Of a stretch of DNA of 64,000 bases, positions 1-11,240 are shown piece after piece. The notes beneath the pieces were generated by a model. The model saw nothing but the letters and a program-made list of their open reading frames with translations. It was not told the origin of the DNA and searched no databases. The stretch spans positions 39,246,001 through 39,310,000 of the forward strand of contig CM060734.1 of NCBI GenBank assembly GCA_030704615.1. Reading direction: 5' to 3'. Both the position numbers and the translations under genes were made by a program. This DNA is from Takakia lepidozioides (taxonomy: Eukaryota > Plantae > Bryophyta). Positions within the stretch are counted from its first letter, which is position 1. The number at the start of each line of letters is the position of its first letter.

Positions 1-96
1 AAACCTTGGGTGGCAGCGGAATTCGACCCCATGTCCAATTACGTACTGGATAGGAAGTTTTGGCTAGAGATAGAGACATATTTTTCTTCAACCCAT

Positions 97-383
97 AGTG
101 TTTTATTTTTCATATTTCCAAAATCGCTGGCACGGCCACCTGTGAATTCCACCCCAGTGCCTATGTGGCGAGAATATCGAGGTGACAAAGTTAGAAAAGT
201 GGCTATATTCCAGGTTTCACGTTTTCATTGGTCCACGTCTGCAAGATAAGGCTCCTGCAATTTATCTCCAGGTGCTTTTTGGCGAAAATCTCGGATTTTA
301 CCCCCCATAATTCCTTTGTACAAGTAGCTGAGCAAGTTTCCAGGTCCAAATCTGGCGATTTTTCGCCAGAAAGAAAAACAGTA
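97..383. mobile_element. Possible short non-autonomous TIR element (MITE-like)
   Basis: Imperfect inverted ends TAGTGTTTTATTT (from ~97) and AAAGAAAAACAGTA (to ~383). The right end (TTTTACCCC..AATTCCTTTGTA..TGGCGATTTTTTCGCCAGAAAGAAAAACAG) resembles ~31110-31197, suggesting a dispersed repeat. No TSD identified. Confidence 0.3.
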
Positions 384-2739
384 GGCTACCTACTCATAAT
401 TTCCTTTACTGTATGTGGGACACTGACTGTGAGACATAAGAGGTAATATCTTCCAGAATATGTTTGAGTATATTATTTGAACAGCCAACTGGACATCCTT
501 TTTGGTAGGAAATCAGAAGGCTAAAAAAAAAAGCAAAAAAATAAAAAAAGGCTGGAGTGCACTTTTTCGAACTCATAAGAGCTTCACCGCGGGATCTATT
601 GACTTTTTCGAAAAAAATGACCCCCGCCTAGTAGAAACCCCCTCATTTTGATGATTCAACCCGACTATACCCAGCCACCTATCCCCGCACGCCCTGTCCA
701 AATTTGGGGCCCAGCAGACCTGCAAAAACAGGGCTACCGTCTGGGGCCCTATTTTTGGCATTTTTCAAAAATAAACTAGAAAATTACAAGATTTTGTAGA
801 ATTTGGATGTCGGGTGGAAATCTATTGGGCCGACTGGCCTCCCAGAAGTGAGGGGATAACTTAGTGCCGGGGCTGCCCAGCCTCGCGCCTGCCCGCTCCG
901 CCACTGTCCTCTATGCCACGTTGGCGCACCAGCCACCGTCCTCATGCCCGCCCATCCACACCCCTTGCCCGAAGGTGGGCAGTGTCGCTACTCTCCAACA
1001 TACACTCAAAAGTGTGTGGCGAAAAACAAGTTGAACCGTACACTTTTAGAGAGGCTATCACATCTCAAAGTCCCTAGACGACGAATTGTTAATGGTTTTT
1101 GTACGGATTCCATTAGGCCATATATTCGTGTCAATTCTATTGGCTTTGAGATGTGAAAGCCGCTCAACCATTATGATAACACAAATAGCACATCTCTTTT
1201 GTGTTTGACAACAATGTGCTAAAATACCACATAATGTGTGTGTGTGACGTATTCCGTGCCATTTTCGCACTTAAACAATGTGCGATGATACCAGCACGAC
1301 ATTAGTATTCAATTAGCACCTAGGGATTTAGTGTTACTTTCACACAAAATCGGTGCCCCACACTGCAGCCGTATTTTGTACTAAAATATTTCGCACAGAA
1401 TCAATGCAATCACTTTGGTTGGCGCAAGTCGTACAACCAATATAACTCGCAGCTGAAAGCTCAAAATGCTCGGAAAACTCAAACAATGAGCTGCAGTGAT
1501 AGCAAATCAGCTTCCTAAACCAAACCAAATAGCTTGGCTTCAAAAGAACCAAATATATAGACTAAAACCCACTTGTTCAAGGAAATAAGTTACAAGGTGA
1601 CTTCCTTCCTCTTACAGAGATTTGTACGGTTTTCGCAGTTGACAGATTGGCAATATAGTGAAAAAAATGCCAAAATGGTCGGAGCTATCTGGGTGAGGAC
1701 CGCAAAAGCTCAAAAAGCCTCTCCACATGTTAGTACAAGACATAATTCAAGTGAAAGCAACATAGGCGAGATTTAGAGGTCTGAACAAGGTTTGGAATGT
1801 CAGCCTCTCTCCTAAACGTACCACCCTACTTACTCCTCACCAAAACTAGCCCTTCATTACTTGTTACTAAAAGGGTTCTTCTACGACTTATCTGACTAGA
1901 TTTGAAACTGCTCCAGAGCTATATTTGAATTAACTCTTTACACATATTTATACTTGTTGGTGTCCAGGTGTTGCTAGTACCATCTGTTGCTGCATCTGTA
2001 AATCCAAAAACAGAAGATGGTTCTCCCCCGCTTTGTGGAGTGTCGAGCCCTTATCCTCGTATGTATCGAAGGTTTAGAAGAAAGCCACACATAACCAACA
2101 TGTGTCCCGAGTAAGCCACATATTCCAAGGAACGGACTGAAGAGTGTCAAATATAGATTTGCCGTGGATTTTATTGCAAAATACTTTTCCTGATGATCCA
2201 AACATAAGGTTTTTTTCTGCCAACTCTATTCAAACAGCAGATCAACTTAGAGAAATTAAAAATTAAAGCTAATATCATGACACTATGAAGATGAGCAATA
2301 TGAAGATGGCCTGGAAAGACTGTGGAGATTGGAATGATTAGGCCAACAAGGCAGCAACAACAGCCCCAGCTTAAGAATGTGCAATATTGTGGTTTATGCT
2401 GGTGCCTAGACATTTCCGTCAAAATCAGCTTCAGTGGAATCCCTCACTTAACATTGCTAGTTGAGTAGATGCTCTGCAATTTGTACGACATTAAGCGCAG
2501 CTCTCTTGCATATTGGTCACTACATGCAAACAGATCAAAGTCCGTAGTTTTCTTTCTTGAGAAATATCGTACCGTATCCGTGTAACAGCCACAACATCCT
2601 TGGTGGATACCTGCAGAGGTGTAGGATACCTGTGATAATGAGCCCCAACCTCATCGTTGTCCCGAATGTTGTCAAGAACCACCTAACGTAACAGTACTAG
2701 GTGACACCAGTCCACACTTGTCAAGTCAATTCAAATTCT

Positions 2740-3129
2740 TCAAAATTTATATCTGTTCAGGAAAAAATGTCATCTTCCATGAAATTTGGCAATACATGGA
2801 CCACGCGAAGAGCATTTGCAATGTCAACAACAAGAAAACGGGGACCCGTATTTTGAGGAATGCCTTTGCATGCTCACATTTTCCCAACTGAACTCTACAC
2901 ACTTCAAGAGTCTATTGAACTTGTTGTAGGGTACTTCCTTGTACAATCGAATAACCGCCAAATCTCTTTGCACGGTTTTCCTGCTTATTGAATCCATGAA
3001 TGATGCTCGAAAAAGAAGTCGGAGCTGTGCATAATGAGTTATCTCCTCCCTTCCTAGATCTTCCATTTGAAGAGACACATCAATGTAGTATGGGCCTCCG
3101 TTAAAGTCGTGTGAAGCTCTCGCATACAA
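2740..3129 (-). pseudogene. C-terminal fragment of a Plavaka/CACTA-related transposase-like protein, frameshifted
   Basis: Minus-strand peptides YARASHDFNGGPYYIDV...HYAQLRLLF...DLAVIRLY, then after a frameshift RFLVVDIANALRVVHVLPNFMEDDIF(F)LNRYKF*. This resembles the RA..F.G.P..DV / LLF / LA.V..Y / R.VH..P.F / F.LN.Y pattern I associate with Plavaka-type transposase C-termini. At least two frameshifts. Confidence 0.45.
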
Positions 3130-3625
3130 TGGCCAGTCCCCAAAACGATCTCCAAGGCCTGCAGGGTTTCTGTGGGGAGTTCACACAAGTTCTAGTGATA
3201 TGTACCTCGGTTGAAGCTAAGCTATGGCGCGAAGTTGCAATCCAGAAGTCGACACCCGAAACCCTAAACCCTGGCAATTTTATGGATGAAAGTTTTATCA
3301 TCTCAAGTTGAAACTATATTGTGGAGAATGCAACCTTTGAGCTCATACTGTCTTCTCATTCGTATTAATAGGATAAGAAGCTTACAACAAATTCAGTTCT
3401 CCAAACACTCGAGATGATAGGCACAAGCATGTTCCAAGCACCAAATAGTAGAGTGACCAGGGGTGTAGTGAGTGGATCCGCTAGACAACGGGTCATAATT
3501 GCTCCAAGTGATCTGCGCCTTGGTAATGCAATGATGTCGGATCCTCATAGCATGTTGACGGAGTTCATGAGAATCAAGGTGCAGGTTATCTCGTAATTAT
3601 TCGATTTTATTTTAAATAGAATTTT

Positions 3626-4367
3626 ATGGATCTGTTTGATCTGTTTGATATTATGCCTAATACTCGGGTCCAAACTCCGGCCACGACCATTTCCATTGTA
3701 GTTTTCATTTGCAGTCCCTGTTTTGTTCCTTCATGTGCCGGACTTCCTTTAATATTTCCATGTCTCACCCCTACCTTGCATCTTTGCCAAACAAGGATGT
3801 TTGAGGCAATCTGCCTGAGGAGGATTTGCACCTCCAAAACACCATCCTTCGTTCGCAGCTTTGAAATTTCCGACCAGGGGTGTTTTATCAACCCCCCATA
3901 TGAACCGCATGTGGATGACATGCTCTACAATTTCATGCACTCCAGTCAGACAACCAAAAGACTAGATGGGTTTCCGTGGAGAGGTGCAAGGGAGAGAACC
4001 CCAACGTTCATGCAGACGTTACTGGAGTCATGTAGCCACCATTCTGCAAGGGTGGTCGACCTCACACTATCCACAGGTTCGTTGGTTCAATATTGTTCCC
4101 ATTTTCGAGGTCTTCCAGTTTGCATCCGAATTTACATCCTCTACAATCTTCTTGAGGCTTTTTGTCTTGGCAGGTGCGACTTACCGTGCTTGCAAGGTTG
4201 GCGGGAGAAGCCTTTTTGGCATGGAGGGCGACACCGAACTATTCAAGAGTGTCCTCCTCCCTCTTGTGTCTGGCTCTACGTTTGGCACACAGACTGGACA
4301 ATTTCAAATCAGAAATGATGATGATACCGAGGATAAGCAGATCGACAACGACTGTTTATGTGAGTAA
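3626..4367 (+). CDS. N4/N6 (amino) DNA methyltransferase-like gene, 3' portion, spliced (intron 4077-4173); 5' end undefined, possibly a pseudogene
   Basis: Removing the GT..AG intron 4077-4173 joins two ORFs in frame: NPPY(3890-3901)...PWRGARERTPTFMQTLLESCSHHSARVVDLTLSTG-ATYRACKVGGRSLFGMEGDTELF. This mirrors the beta-class N6_N4_Mtase C-terminal pattern KP..L...LI...S..GD.VLDPF.GSGTT..A....GR...G.E.D. A further possible intron 4364-4461 leads to an exon with a stop at 4481. Confidence 0.55.
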
Positions 4368-4829
4368 GTCGGCCATGGAATTGTCATTCCAGTTTGGGTA
4401 TTTGTTCAATTTCGCAGACATCAAATTTACAGTAATAATTTTATCATGTTGTGACTTGCAGGAACGGCAGTGATGGATCTTAAGGAGAAACCCCCATTTG
4501 TGCCGAGACTGTTTTCGACAGTCCCCTTTCCACTTTTGTGCTTCCTGTCTATGCCGAAGCAATGGCACTTCAAATGGCCGAGGCTCTATCCCCTGACTTC
4601 TTATTGCCCGATCGCAGGAGTAGCCATCATAGATCCGGAGTTCTTAAATTCTTGGACTTGGATGCAGAGGACGTGGGGATACATTGTACTGACTCTGAGT
4701 CAATACTGAACTTCGCATTTTTAATGTTCTGTTTATATCCTATTCAAAAATGATTGAATTCCTTTGCCTCATTGCAGTTGTTCCAGCAGAAAAGAAAATG
4801 AAATAAACAATCCACTCGGATACAAATGT

Positions 4830-5065
4830 CAATCTTCATGAATCCATCCCACAAACCCGTCACACTCATGTCATATCCATTGTGCATTCATCTACTGTGT
4901 ATTCATGCATCCTCCATTCAAGAATGTTTTCTATTATTCAACATCTATTGTACATTCATCCATTGTACTCTCATCCATCCCACATTCATCCATCTGTTTG
5001 CATTGTTCGCAGTCATCCATCCGTTTCTCATCTACTCTACATTCATCCATCATGTATTCATCTGT
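4830..5065. repeat. Degenerate low-complexity CATTCAT/CATCCAT minisatellite
   Basis: Many imperfect copies of (CA)TTCATCCAT are visible; overlapping ORFs are His/Ile/Ser-rich artefacts. Confidence 0.7.
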
Positions 5066-5159
5066 TGCTTTCAGGTGGGGATGACCACGTCCTTTTTATT
5101 ATTTCGTCCAACTTGTTTCCACGGTTGAGGTTGCTCTTCCGCGGAAATACACTCTGTTT

Positions 5160-6020
5160 CTTACTTGGCGCGCGTTAACGTGGCGTTTAAGCTCGATGAC
5201 GTGGAGTGAGCCCGGTGACATGGCGTTCGCTCAAGGTGACGTGACGTGAGCGCTACCGTGAGCGCTACTGCGCTCACGCCGAGGCATCCCTGCTGCTCGT
5301 GCTAGTGCTTCAAGCAAGCTACTGCGGTGCTGTCGTGGCTGCCAACGGCGCGGGTCCCTGCCGCTGCAGGGCGTCTCTCCTCCGCTCACCACGGCTCTCT
5401 CTTTCTTCAACTCGTTTTGATCCCGCCTCTGCGCGGCGTTTCTACCACACAGGGGAGAGAGAGTTCAGCCCGTGCTTAGGGCAAGAAAGTAAGAGAGAAA
5501 GTGATGGAAGAGGCGGTGCTTACCTTGGGCGTTGGAGCGGCGTTGGGGCAAACTCCTTGGGGCCTTGCGACCACCTCGGGCTCAGTACCAGATGCGTTTC
5601 TCCTCCACCCTAAACCCTACTCTCTGAACTCCCTCTCTCCCAAAGAACAAACGAAAACGGGAGGGGAATGAGGTGCTTCAAGCGCTTAATAAAAAAAAAG
5701 GCACGGCGCCTACGTGCAACGCCCGGCCGTCACACGCCTGTGCCCCACCTTTTTTTTGAAATGTACAAATGGTATTCGAGACGGCGGGCCGTCGCTGCTT
5801 GCGACCCCCGGCCCCACAAATACAAAAAGCACGCCACCTCTCGCGACGGTTTTTCGTCGCTGAGTGCGACCCCCGGTGTAAAAAATTGAAAAAATGCATC
5901 GCCAAATGCGACGCAAGGGTGACGCAGGAGGCGACGGCCGGCCTTTTTGGGTTTAGGGTTTAGGGCCTTTTGGGGTTCTTAGTTTTTTTTTTTTTTTCCC
6001 ATATGTTACTGGGTTAGGGT
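5160..6020. promoter_or_regulatory. CpG-rich island with outward-facing telo-box-like motifs; putative promoter or transposon subterminal region
   Basis: High CpG density, repeated GACGTG/GCGAC/GTCGC motifs, AAACCCTA at ~5612 and TAGGGTTT(AGGG) at ~5954-5965. Lies directly upstream of the + strand exons at 6.1-8.0 kb. Confidence 0.4.
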
Positions 6021-6526
6021 GTTTGTTTTTCTTTATGGCGATGGGTTTTGGATTGGTGGTTTTGGTTGTGGGTCTTGGGGTTGAAAGGATAAACGGTGTA
6101 ATTAGGATTCACACACCCAAAATATGGTTCAATCTGATAAGCGCAAAGCACTGGGTCTCAATAAATTTTTCCATGGTGTGGGCATCCTGAAGATAGAACG
6201 TGAGGAAGGATTTATTGTCTTGGCCTCTCTAGCACCATAGGGATGCTCCGCCTTTGTTTACCAATTTTGAAAGCCCCGAAGCTGAGGCATAAGGTTTTTT
6301 CGCCAACGGTTTTTGAGAAATGAAAGTGCTGGTGGTGTGTGTTAATTAGGATGCGATGGTGAGGAAACATTGACTCGTCTCCCTCGAGGATGGGGAGGTA
6401 GTACCACATATCGATTGTGGCCCTAGAGCGACCGTTTTTCGTGGCGAAGAGCCACCCATTGCACCTGATCCAATACAGGCTGCCGGGCACAATCGTAGAA
6501 TAGACCGGGGCCAAATTTTAGGTGAT

Positions 6527-6751
6527 GTGGATGATGTTGACACTCCGGGATCGAGTCGGGCGCGCCGCGGGTTGCCCTTTCGCGGGCCACCCCGTCCACC
6601 CACGTCCACCTTTGATCCCCTCGACAGGATTGAGTGTCGGTGCATTAAGTGTTGGGAACGGATACCGTCGGGCGGCACCAGACCACCGAGGCGGCGACCG
6701 CATGTTGTCAAAAAATATTACAAGAAGAACATGATTGCGGATGCGGCAAAG
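6527..6751 (+). pseudogene. Exon with CxCxxC motif resembling the CACTA transposase-associated domain
   Basis: DRIECRCIKCWERIP...RRRPHVVKKYYKKNM resembles the I.CPC..C pattern of the transposase-associated domain. Ends at a strong AAG|GTGAGT donor (6751/6752). Confidence 0.4.
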
Positions 6752-7182
6752 GTGAGTGTTTTTCCTACCCCTCTCATTAACATTCATTTAAGGTACATTT
6801 AGGTTTATCTAATAATATAGTACAATTGGTAAGCATACATGAATCCAAATTACAACATAAGTATTGATGCGTCGTTCACTACGTATATTGCAACCACGAC
6901 TTGATGCCCAAGCTCGCAATCACATTGCACATGAGACATTTCGCACCGGTCTACTTGCAGAATTTGTGCCAGAGCATGTGCCCGATGTGACCAGTTGGTT
7001 CTCCCAGCACCACGTAGATGAGATGCGTAGGGTCGATCGTGGGTGTCGTAGGCATTGTGGCCGGCGACGAGCAGGCCCCCCCCCCCCCCCTTCCTCTCTA
7101 GTTTCCTCAGGCGGTCCCCTGATCCAGTGTCCTCATCTGATGATTCTCCGCACCGTACATGCAGTAGCAGCTTGTAGGCCGA

Positions 7183-8022
7183 TTGTGCCCCCCCCCCTCC
7201 CGGTCTGTTTCTTTGTCTGATCCATCTCCAGTAGTACCTGATCCAGACGTTGTACCTCCGGCTACACCTCCGGCATTACATCCTCAACCACCTCCACTTT
7301 CATCTCCTCCGCTAGCAGTACCACCTCCACCTCTACGTGCATGTGCCCCCCGAACCCCTAGGAGGGGTCGGCTTCGCCCTAGGTTCCCCCCCCTTCGGCT
7401 TGGGCGGCCTGAGCCGGATCCTCGCCCCCGATGGGAAGTGCATAGGACTATGTTACTGAGGACCGTCCAACCTCGTTGTTGGGAGAATCATCTCGACCCT
7501 CCCACCCCCATCCGAGAGAATGTAGAGTTCAAGTATTGGGGGAGATGGTATGTTGTGAGAGCCGCTACAGACCCTGCTATGGGTCGGGGTTTATTCACGG
7601 TCAATGATATTGTGGTTCCTTCTCGGAGAAACATCATGGTGGACTTGTATCCCTATTACGGTCCATACTATACCTCCGGGGAGTTCCGTACATTACACCT
7701 CAAAGATGGTGACCCCAATATCTTCGGCAATGTTGCTAGATTGGTCAACAGTTCTTTTGGTCATCCTAGGATAACCAATGTAGTATGGGACGAGCGAAGC
7801 GATGGGCATGAGAGCTTTTGTGGTCATACGTCGGTATACTGTGAGGGGATGCACATGTTTGTGATGACATGTGCTAGTAGAACTATTAGGGCTGGCAGCG
7901 AGTTATTTGTATCATACGAGTTCTCCCGGGATGATTGGGACCTCCGATTACAGCATGAGTGGGATGTGTATGATAGAAATAGGGTTCCTTTGAGACAGGG
8001 ATCACGTAGAGGGGCATTGTAG
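7183..8022 (+). CDS. Proline-rich linker plus divergent SET-domain (lysine methyltransferase-like) protein; probably the last exon of a transposon-borne gene
   Basis: SET motifs occur in the correct order: MGRGLF (GxG), YYGP (YxG), GNVARLVNSS (GNxARFINHS-like) and RTIRAGSELFVSY (I.xGEELxxxY). No post-SET cysteines. The ORF start is GTG, so it is likely spliced to upstream exons. Confidence 0.7.
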   Translation: MCPPPSRSVSLSDPSPVVPDPDVVPPATPPALHPQPPPLSSPPLAVPPPPLRACAPRTPRRGRLRPRFPPLRLGRPEPDPRPRWEVHRTMLLRTVQPRCWENHLDPPTPIRENVEFKYWGRWYVVRAATDPAMGRGLFTVNDIVVPSRRNIMVDLYPYYGPYYTSGEFRTLHLKDGDPNIFGNVARLVNSSFGHPRITNVVWDERSDGHESFCGHTSVYCEGMHMFVMTCASRTIRAGSELFVSYEFSRDDWDLRLQHEWDVYDRNRVPLRQGSRRGAL

Positions 8023-9285
8023 ATATTCTCATGATGTACTTTGTATACATCCGATTAATCAGTTGATGTAAATATTTTTCTTGTTGCTCGTGTGGGTTAC
8101 AACTTTGCATATGTGATGTAAACATACTTATGCACATGTGGACCAAATATGAGCTTGAACCAAGTTGATTCAATGGGTCATTTCTAGTGTTGAACATAGC
8201 TACGTGTCGTAGAGACGAAAAATTGCGTTTCGCCTGCATATGATTTTTTTTTTTCCATTTTCAAGCCATATGCTTAATGATAGCATATGCAATGTGCGTG
8301 CAAAATTTGGGAGTAAACAAAGTCATTTGGACCCAGAACCATATTTTGTTCTCTCATTTGCACTCCAAAGTTGAATTATCTTCAACTTCATGCACTCTTT
8401 CAAAGAGAGTTCTGCAAAAGTGACCCTAGAATTTTTTTTATTTTTTTATTTTTTTTCCATTTTTTTTTGTCCAATTTTTTGCATGGATGTAATGGTGCAA
8501 AGCCCGATGTTCAGAACAAAATAGAGCCAAAAATAAAATCATTACGCCCCTCAAAACCGCAATCATATATTTTCTAAATGCAAAGATTTATTTCAAATTC
8601 ATTTAAATTCGTTTTAATTTAAAATTGGTGCAAGGGTGAGTGCGTTGTTGGGGAGACAAATGTTTTTTTTTTCCTGTTGGATCTTTGTACAGGTGTTGCA
8701 CACATATTTAAGCACATGTAGGAAAAAGTTAAGCGTGAGCCACATCCCTTTGATGGGTACGATGGCATGAGAGGATTTTCTTTCACATTAATAAACATAA
8801 TTTGGTTGATAGGGTGAACGCGTCCTTGGGGGGGCAAATGATTTTGTTTGGGTTTGAAACTTTGCATGTGTGACGTTGCGCACATACATGTAATTATCAA
8901 ATGACATATTTGATACATACACACATTGAAAGTTGTTGTTTGCATTTCGTTTATAATAAGTTGTATGGTTGCAAGGACACATTATAATATAGGTCCCTAT
9001 GTTCATTTGTTCGTATCAGGACTTTGTCCATCCCTTCCCAGTCATTTCTCTTGTCACCCCATCCAAAAACAACCCAAGTATATCAGGCGGGAGCCGTGGG
9101 CGAGACGCCACCCGCACGGTACCGGACAATGATGACGTCGATGACAGTGACAATGACAACAACAATGAGCATGGAATTAACCAAGAGGATGTGCAAGCCA
9201 TAGAGGATCTTTTAATGCATCATGTGGGCACTGATGCATCCCATGGAGAGGGAACCCGACCAATCGATGATCCTGAAATGGCCCC

Positions 9286-9735
9286 CTCAAATGACATGGA
9301 GAGGGAGGCGAGAATTCCCTTGTACGAAGAGGCGAAAGTGAGTCAACTTTCAACAATCTTACTTTTGCTCTGGCATAAGTAATGTTGGGATGTCTGCCAT
9401 AATGCGAACTATTGCGGACTATATCCTTGCTCCACACTTGACTTCTGATCTCTGGCGCAATTCGGATGCAAGATTGATGAGTGACATAATCATGGAGTAA
9501 GACGTGTAATTCATTTTGTAGTATAATTTGCATATTGGTGGAACATTGAAACAATGATGTGAATGTCTTATAGGGAAAAAACAAGTGGCAAACATGGAAC
9601 TTGCAACCTTTTGTTGATGAACTTAAGGAGCTATGGAGGGGGGTCCCGACATTAGATACTTCATTAGACCCTATGGCCGGACAATCTTTTCAGATGAGAG
9701 ACATCTTGCTTTGGACAATGCATGATTATCCAAGT
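9286..9735 (+). mobile_element. CACTA/EnSpm Tnp2 (TnpD-like) transposase fragments, internally deleted
   Basis: EARIPLYEEAKVSQLSTILLLL (~9305-9370) matches the N-terminal PLY.G...S.LS pattern. LQPFVDELKELWRGVPTLD...FQMRDILLWTMHDYPS (9601-9735) matches the Tnp2 core LQPL.EEL..LW.GV..D...F.MRA.LLWTI.DYP. Confidence 0.8.
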
Positions 9736-9775
9736 ATATTATGTTTCCCATGAACAATCCGTGTACATTCACTTG

Positions 9776-10042
9776 TCAATGCCGGATAATATCGATGAGG
9801 ATTGGGATTGATTGAAGTAGCGGCGACAGTCTTGTGCACCGTAGTGGGGTAGATGACAAATGTGCAAGGTCCAGAAACTCCAAGACTCCAAGCCGAGGCA
9901 CCACAAACGGTCTGTCAGGAACTTGAAGTGTCACATTCCTGAAACGAAATTTCTCCTTAAACAGTTCACCGCCGGTTGGGGGTGGCCGGTAGCAGAGGAG
10001 TCCGTTGACACTCAAAATTAACAACATCCGTTTCCTCTTCCC
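9776..10042 (-). pseudogene. FCP1/SCP-like (NIF, HAD-fold) phosphatase-homology fragment
   Basis: KRKRMLLILSVNGLLCYR...FVVPRLGVLEFLD corresponds to NIF-domain KKLLVLD(L/V)NGLL...RP...EFL. The catalytic Asp position is Ser, and the match breaks off after EFLD. Confidence 0.5.
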
Positions 10043-11240
10043 CGTTGTTGCATGTAAAGGATGAGAGACAAAGTTATCATGAGCAAGTTAATCACCGTGC
10101 ACACTGACATTAGTGTTTCTGCTATGAATATACCCATGACCTAGAATGATTGAGTGTATCGAGGATCAACACGATTGTGTAAAAAATGAAAAAATCCGGC
10201 ACATGTTGTGGGCTTGGAATGTTTCAAGAGGAGGGTTAATATTGCTAAGAAGATAAACGTCGACTGTCAAGTGGAGGTTCATGAAAGTACCTTGTACGGA
10301 GGCAAATTGATGAAGGTATCGTGCTGCATCCCCGCCTGTTGAGAAAAGATGGAGTTAATTAGTGTAGAACCAAACGAACAGAAAAAAGATGAAAGTGGAG
10401 AAATGATATCGAACAATACCGATGTCGCCTTATGGAGAATCTCGCTGGAGGACTTGGGATCCTAACGGACTTGTTTTGACGAAACCCCGATATGTCCGAG
10501 GTATTCATTTTCTTCCTCGAGTCTGCTCTGTCTCTAAAGACATACTTCTCTCCTGTGGAACCGATTTGTAGAAGAGATGGAAATGGTTTGGGGGCTCTAT
10601 TCCGCTTCCTCGATGCAGAACATAACGCCAACACTGTTGGGTTGGGAAGCCGATAAGTTGCAATTGTTTCGTCCTTGTCCTCGACCAAAAGGTTGCGGAA
10701 AAGGGGAACGGAATGGAAATTGTCCCTTGAGCACTCCACATCCTGAATGGAATTCACACGTAACGAAGGGATTACCTTGAAACAGATTTCCAATGAAGAC
10801 GTCGTTTGACAGAAAGGTTACAATCCCCAGATTTTTGGCCTGGAGTAAGACAAAAACATCAAACCCAGTACTAAGGAAAACAAAAAGACGAGTAAGAATT
10901 AAGATATAAGTAATTTTACCTGACTCCTTCTGATTTGGGTTGTCCAACCCTCGTGCTAGGGAGAGAAGGAGGGAAGAGAGGCAACAATGTGTTTGGGAGC
11001 CATAGCCTCAGCCGCATCCTCAATGGCTGACATTCTTGAGGTAGATTTCAGACCTTTGACACTTAAAAAAGATGGTGAGGAGAAATTATAGAGTGGTGTC
11101 CACGAAATCCCCTGCACATTTGTCAGTTTGGTTTCCACCTCTGACATTCAATCCTAAGCAATCTTTGCAACAGAACATCCTTTTCAGGAATGGACTGAAC
11201 AAGAGGGTCGTGCAATTGAAGGTCCCGCAGCATTTATGTT

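Noticed and set aside
1340-1960. Possible solo LTR or transposon terminal region
   Set aside because: No partner repeat, PBS, PPT or TSD could be identified in the window.
4826-5178. His/Ile/Ser-rich ORFs of ~100 aa
   Set aside because: These are translations of the CATTCAT/CATCCAT low-complexity repeat.
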